64,000 bases of DNA. It comes from Marsupella aquatica. Taxonomy: Eukaryota > Plantae > Marchantiophyta. Below are positions 57,921 through 64,000 of the stretch, in pieces (within the stretch, counting starts at the first letter, position 1; each line of letters opens with the position of its first letter). Made by a program: the position numbers and the translations under genes. The stretch lies in contig OZ316897.1 in assembly GCA_973895155.1 (NCBI GenBank), positions 16,181,375-16,245,374 on the forward strand, given 5' to 3'. Below the pieces are notes generated by a model, which did not search any database, had not been told where the DNA came from, and saw only the letters and a program-made list of their open reading frames with translations.

Positions 57921-60900
57921 CTGGCGTGGGCTGCCTGGATCAGATTTGATTTGGCAACCAAAAGTTTTGTACTGGGTGTTTTAGTGGCCCGGTGTAAACA
58001 TTGCGGCCCAGGAATGGTCTTTTATAGTGGTTGATGAGCGAGTCATCGCCGGTCAGTCACGACTATGTTGACTCGGACAAGCTGCTTGGTTGGATAGAAT
58101 GGGGACCCTAGCGACTGGTGACTTATCGTCATCCGTTCAAGAGGCTTGGCGTTTGGGTGGTGCTTGGCTGGTGACAGTTGGCCAGGCAACAATTGTGTTT
58201 CCATAAAGTAGGTAAGGTTTGAGTTGAGACTCATTTTGGAGGGTTCAATGGTATAGAGGTGTAATCAGTTTTGGATTGGTGTTGGCTTTAGCAATCGTTG
58301 TGAACAATCAACGGATCAGTGAGCATCGGGTCTCATTGGTTCAGGTTTGAGTTAGTGTGAGACTAGTGAGGTTAGTAGTCAATTTTGGTGATTGAGAGTT
58401 TAAGGAGGACAGTTTTTTTGTCATTTCTGATCTAAGAGCCACCTAAGGGGTTGAACTTGACAAGTTAAAGGTAGCAGCCCGCCGTAGGGACCAGCGACCA
58501 GACTCTTGCAAGCAACTTACTCAGGGCATTCAGTTGTATCTTTGTTGAGGAAACCAGATATATAAAGGGAATATTGTGAGCTTCAAAACTTGATTGTCAC
58601 CTGTGCCAATTGCAACCAGAAGCGTGTAGCTTACCCGAGGAGCCCCTTACTTCTTGTCCTCACGACACCGGTCATCCGCAATGTAAGCCTGGACAAGCAC
58701 ATAAATTTGTCATCTCCCATGTTAACCTCAGTACCGCTCGTTCCGTTCAGGTTTAAGGCAAAGGTCAGACCCCTGTTTTGGGGCACCCAATTTTGGGTCC
58801 AGGCGTTCATTATTGGGGGCAGGTTGGAGGTATCTGGGTCACCACTTACAGACCCTTCAACTAAAGGGGAAGACATATTTGAAGCCACCAGCCAAAACCA
58901 TCTGGGATCTATTCTTCAACAAAAGATGGACCCAAACAAACATGCCCTACACACGTTCACCCATCACAAAAGTGTCGTGGGAAAACTGTGAATTCAGGAT
59001 CTGAGGTGTGACTACTTCCTTTTAGAAAGTCCACACACTTTTGACAGACGTCCATTTTCAAGCTCTACAAAACAGCCATACACGTTGGTGATCTCATAGT
59101 TGAGACCCCTATTATGAAAATCTCTGATATCTTCTCAATAGAAAAACTCCGATGATACTCATACGTTGGGTGAGATCTTACCCTTCAGTTTGTGAAATAG
59201 GATGGGGTCCACCAAACACAATTATCATAGTGAGGCTAGTTTTCTTGAATCAAGATTCTCTTAGTCTTAATGCCCTTTGCAATTTATGTTTATAATTTCA
59301 GGGCATTATGGAGATGAATCCAGGCAAGATTCGGGTAGGCTCTAAAATTCCCCTTTGCTTTTACTAAAATAGTGAAATAAAAATCTGTCGGGTTTTGAAC
59401 CCGCATAGTCACAGGAGAAATTGTCAGAAAGGGCCAAACAAAATATAATGAAGAGAAAACCAAAGAAGTCCGAAGAGGACAAACTCAAAAGAAGGAAGTG
59501 CAACCTAAAAAAAATGGCTAAAAGAAAGGGGAAAGTTTGCTAATGGGGCACTAGAGGCATAGTCCCTTATAAAATACTTCATGTGATTCAGACCACTCAT
59601 TTCACATAGAGTTTAATCATGGATACCCAAAACATTTTATATTTACTTGATTTTCTAGCATTGGAGTCATCTATTAGTTCACCATGGGGGTGATCTATAA
59701 TAAGAACGTAATATTTAATCACAAAATCCACAAAAAATAGAATCCAAACATAGCTGAATTCTTTTAAGAAATCGATAGAAAATATTTTCTTAAGGGTAAA
59801 AAAGGACCCATTTATAGTCGCACTTTGTGCTTGAGACAATTGATGTCATGTTATGTTATCCATCATTTAAAAAAGGTTATAGTGTATACAAAATACATAT
59901 ATTTATAGATCCCATTCAAACTGAGGGATCCTAACTAAGCAAACAAATCTCTGTTTTTTTGCCTTGAACAAGGAAAACTGATGCATTCGAATAGACTATT
60001 CCCTCCAGAGCGTGCACATCTGTGAGGTAGCCCACAAGGGAGGTCATACCCAGTACCAGGACAGAAGGTTGAGCCGCCCCAAAGCAAAAACATCTATGAT
60101 GAAAATACTATCCAAACTTATATATGACATGTTCTACTCAGGCGTGTGTCCCCCAAACGAGAAGTGTACGGTAGTCATAATTAAATTGCGAAAATATTTG
60201 CATAAATTATATTTCAAAAAAAAATGTAGGTTATAGCAAAAGCCAATATTAACTGGATAGTTACAGGAAAAGGGTAGGTTCGACACCTTTAAACACTGAC
60301 TAATACATTATTTTTGTGCAAACATTGAGGAAGGTACCTGACGTTCTTCTCGACCCAAATATTTTTTAATTTGATTCTTCTTTTACCAGCCCAGGTGAAT
60401 TTGGATGGCCCTTTAGCAATGAAGCAAACCTCAACTTCTGAGTAACGGGGTTTCTACAAGAACCACCAGACGTACACTTCTTTCTTTTATGGATCCAAGT
60501 TGTTAGTTTAGTGTGACCATTCATTCGTGCACTGAGAAGAGTTCTACGTACGATTTCAACTCAGGTTTTCTTGAGCCTTCATGGCAGTTGGTGGGTCCCC
60601 ATGGTAATTGCAGTGTACACTGTTTGTGGCCAAAATTTAGACGGGAGTAACTTCTGAAGCAACGGGATCTAAAGTTTTGGCCCCTAGGTATCCTGGTTGG
60701 TGTTGATTGCATTCTCAACAATCACCCCTTCTTTTGTCATTCAATTGTAGATTAAGGCTCAAGGTAGCCCTAATGTAACCTGGTAAGTATGATCAGCATA
60801 GTAAAATGTGACAATCAAATTGTATCACCTACAGCTACGCTGCTCAATGGGTTAGGAAATTGATCCAGAGAATTAGGAGGGGTATTTTTGTAATTTCACA

Positions 60901-62400
60901 AACTTCACAAAGTATCTCCACCTACTACTGGGTTGTTCTACTGTAACGTTATGTTGATCAAACCCAATAAAGTTTAACAAAAAAAGGCAACCACAATGGG
61001 TAACTCTAACACTATTCATTTCTTATCTTATTGAGTGTTTTTGTTCCTAGATTTGTATATAAGGTACTCTATAGTTCATTGACTGGGTAGAATTCATTCC
61101 TGGGTTCTCCAAGATCCAATTATTAACATCCAGGGTGCATATGTCAGGAAATACTAAAAAACCCAGTAACCATTGGGCTTACTTTTTGACATATCTTCGT
61201 TGTCATATACAGCAACCTAAAACAAGATAACCTTTTACGCTATATTTAATGTATGGCATAAGCAAATAGGGTACACCATTTGGATTAGTTTTAACTGGTC
61301 TGACTAACCTTTCTTTGAAATGAGATAAAAGTGAGGAGTAAAAAGACATTACAGTGGAAATAAATCCCAACTATTCACATATATTAGTGATTTGACCTAA
61401 TCTTTGTTTTATTAATGCACCCTGATTTTAAATTATACTCTTAAATCATGGTCTATAAATTTCACTCTAGATAGTAGGCCCTGGGAGTAGCTTTGGGTGG
61501 TGATCATATACTCCGAGGTTAAGTGAGTGGTGCTGGTAACTGTCCTTAAAACTTTACAATTTTACACACACAATAAATACTTGAAAACTAATCACCATGG
61601 GACGCCACGCCAACCGCTTGGAACAGACAACACTAATAGAACACTTTCATTCCAATTTCCAAAGAATTAAGAAGAGTGTTTTTGGTATTTTGGGGGATTT
61701 TTGTAAATTGCGTAACTTTTGCAGTAATTAGTATTTCCCCAAACCCAGCTCCCACAAATTAAATAAGCAGCCGCTAGAGAAAGATAACCCCAACTTTATG
61801 TCTTGAGTTGTTTTTTTCTTTGTCTTTGTCATTGTTTTGAATGGAATCCCCAGGACCAAAATACTACAATTTACTACATTTGGCCTAGAGAATACAAACA
61901 GAAGAAAAGAGCAAATGAACCAGGAGGGGCCGAGTCCCAGGAGGGGCCGAGTCATTCATGGGGTCCATCAAATAACACTTTTCATTTTGAATGTCCATTA
62001 AACACATATCTCCCGAGAAAAATAAATGTTTTCTTTTGTTTTTCCTATCATTTGGGAGGAAACTCCGTAACCCAACCCTTCCAAAGTCCATCAACATACT
62101 CACACAACTCTCAATCTACGCTAAACCCAACCTAAACGTTGAGAAACGACAAACAACCCAAAAAGTGCAAATACAAACCCCCAAAAACCTAAAAAATAAA
62201 TTCGTTTTATTTGTTTTTCCCAAATTCTGGGAGGAACCTTCTCCCTGTTTATGCAACGTCTAGAAGCAAAAACAGTGGCGGGGATAGTGGGGGTGAAAGT
62301 ACCCACACCGTGAGACGACACCCCTCCCATTATTTTTGGGGGACCGTAGTCGGGCAGGCGGCCGGGCTGCTCCGCAGATCCCAATAACAGCCCTACCTGT

Positions 62401-62481
62401 CAAATCGGGACAGATTCCATCCTCATTGGAAATGCAGAATCAAATCGGGGAAGATTCCATCCTCATTGGAAGTGCAGAATC
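62401..62481. repeat. 40 bp tandem duplication
   Basis: CAAATCGGG..AGATTCCATCCTCATTGGAA.TGCAGAAT twice. Confidence 0.9.
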
Positions 62482-63370
62482 TTCGTGAGATCTTGTCGTT
62501 TGGACTTTGCGGCCTCTTGGTCTACCCGTAGACCTGTAGTATCGGTCCCGTATTTGTGTCTCGGGTCTCGAAGTCTCAACGTCTGTCCGCAGCCACAAGA
62601 TCAACGGCTGGGAAATGGTCTCTCTGGACCACGAACCTTAAATTTAAGGGACGGTGGAGGGCGGACTAGGAGACACTCGGATTTAATTATAAATTTCTTT
62701 TCAGACGATTTATTAGGGGAAACTCATCATCTGCACTGTTAGATCTTTGGAGAGTAATGGCAAATCGTTGAATTTGGCCACCAAAGGTCTCAAAGAAGTA
62801 AGGAAGGTGGCAAATTTGGTCTCAAATTTCTCCAAACCCTGGTTGAGAATTTGGCAAATTAATCCCAGGACAAAACACTTGGCCAATGGAAGATGTAAGG
62901 TGTAGGAGCAGCTCCAAAGGCTTGGCGGCTGATGCCTGCTAAACTAAGTTTTTGCTGATTTCTTTGGAGGCCGTGGAAATAGCAACACCCTCATCCTGGA
63001 GACTATCCCAAGCAGTACCTAAAAACTCTACCCCCTTTTGTTGACTTGAGGTTCAAATTGACACATACCTGGTTCTAACCAAACCAACTGTCATGTTACT
63101 TGCATACAAGTGCAAAAGTGGCGCCCTGTCAATTTAGTTTCAAGAGGATAATCCAGTGATGCATGGTAGTCTGTAGCATGTTGTGTGGATATCAGTCAGA
63201 ATGACATATTTGAAGCAACAGCGCCAATGCTGCTTTTTGGCCAGAGGTATACTTAATGGACCCTCCAAATGCAACTTTTTCTCTTAACCGACCAAAGTAT
63301 GCATATTTAGTCCCTATGATGGAGATGGGGTGTACCTTACAGGGTAATCCCGGATTCTTTGTATGAAGTA

Positions 63371-64000
63371 TGTTATAAGTAGTTGTAGAAGTACATAGTT
63401 ATTAACATAATCATGACAATGTTATACCCTAACTAGACTCTATGGTTACCTTAACCATAGTTACCGTATAGGATAACTCGGACGGAGACTATATATAGAG
63501 ATGCACCCATTCATTCTATAGAGAGGAATCTCATTATCATTTCCCGCATCATTCCTCAACACGTTATCAGCACGACTCTAGACCAGCTGAGCTTGATCAT
63601 GATTTTTTTTTAGGAATTTCCCTATGGCTATGATGAATGAATGTTCTCTTAAGGATTTCCAAGTTATGGAGGAGAATTGAATTGGGAGTGAGAAGGCTAG
63701 TAGTTTGAACCACCAAGAGAACATGAGTCACGTTGAAGCAACGACAGGATGTAGCATTGTGGTCGCGCCGAGAGCAAGCTTATGAAGGCTGTGATATGAT
63801 CAGAAGAAATTTTGTTTTGAAGGGTGATTCTGAAGATCGTGTGGGAAAGCAGTATTCAAGGCAATGATTTGAGTCAAGTGGAAAGCTATGGCTGAGGCAA
63901 GAGAGATCGAGTTCAGCCGCGTTGCTTCCTTCTACCCAACCAGGCCAGATCAACCTAAATCACTCGAGGCGATGAGTTGAAGCCTGGTGGATCGAGAGCA
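63371..64000 (+). mobile_element. 5' end of a Ty1/copia LTR retrotransposon: short LTR (~63371-63561) plus PBS (63562-63575), probably continuing beyond the window
   Basis: TGTT...TATATA box (~63491)...CTCAACA immediately followed by CGTTATCAGCACGA, the half-tRNA-type PBS known from Bianca-like copia elements. The left LTR boundary is approximate. Confidence 0.7.

Overview
Eukaryotic land-plant genomic DNA, not prokaryotic. It has spliceosomal introns, plant gene families and long GA-rich leaders; the style suggests a bryophyte, possibly a liverwort, but that is inference. About 1-19.5 kb, 38.5-43.5 kb and 58-64 kb are gene-poor mosaics of decayed non-autonomous transposons: a complete small Helitron, a Mutator-like element with long TIRs and TSD, a CACTG/CMC-type element, C-rich TIR elements, and a copia LTR with a half-tRNA primer site at the right edge. 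Five protein genes could be reconstructed by hand. (1) A two-exon DUF1635 gene with a large polyQ/His insert, preceded by an apparent ~2 kb uORF-packed leader. (2,3) A tandem pair of six-exon aldo-keto reductases that resemble a prokaryotic AKR family; the second copy has Gln in place of the catalytic His. (4) An intronless group-A (MKK6-like) MAPKK, probably a retrocopy. (5) A ~22-exon MSP1/ATAD1-like membrane-anchored AAA+ ATPase on the minus strand with one GC-AG intron. The best candidates for new biology are the diverged AKR pair, the regulatory leader and intron of the DUF1635 gene, and the MKK retrogene. All family assignments come from recalled motifs; no database searches were run.
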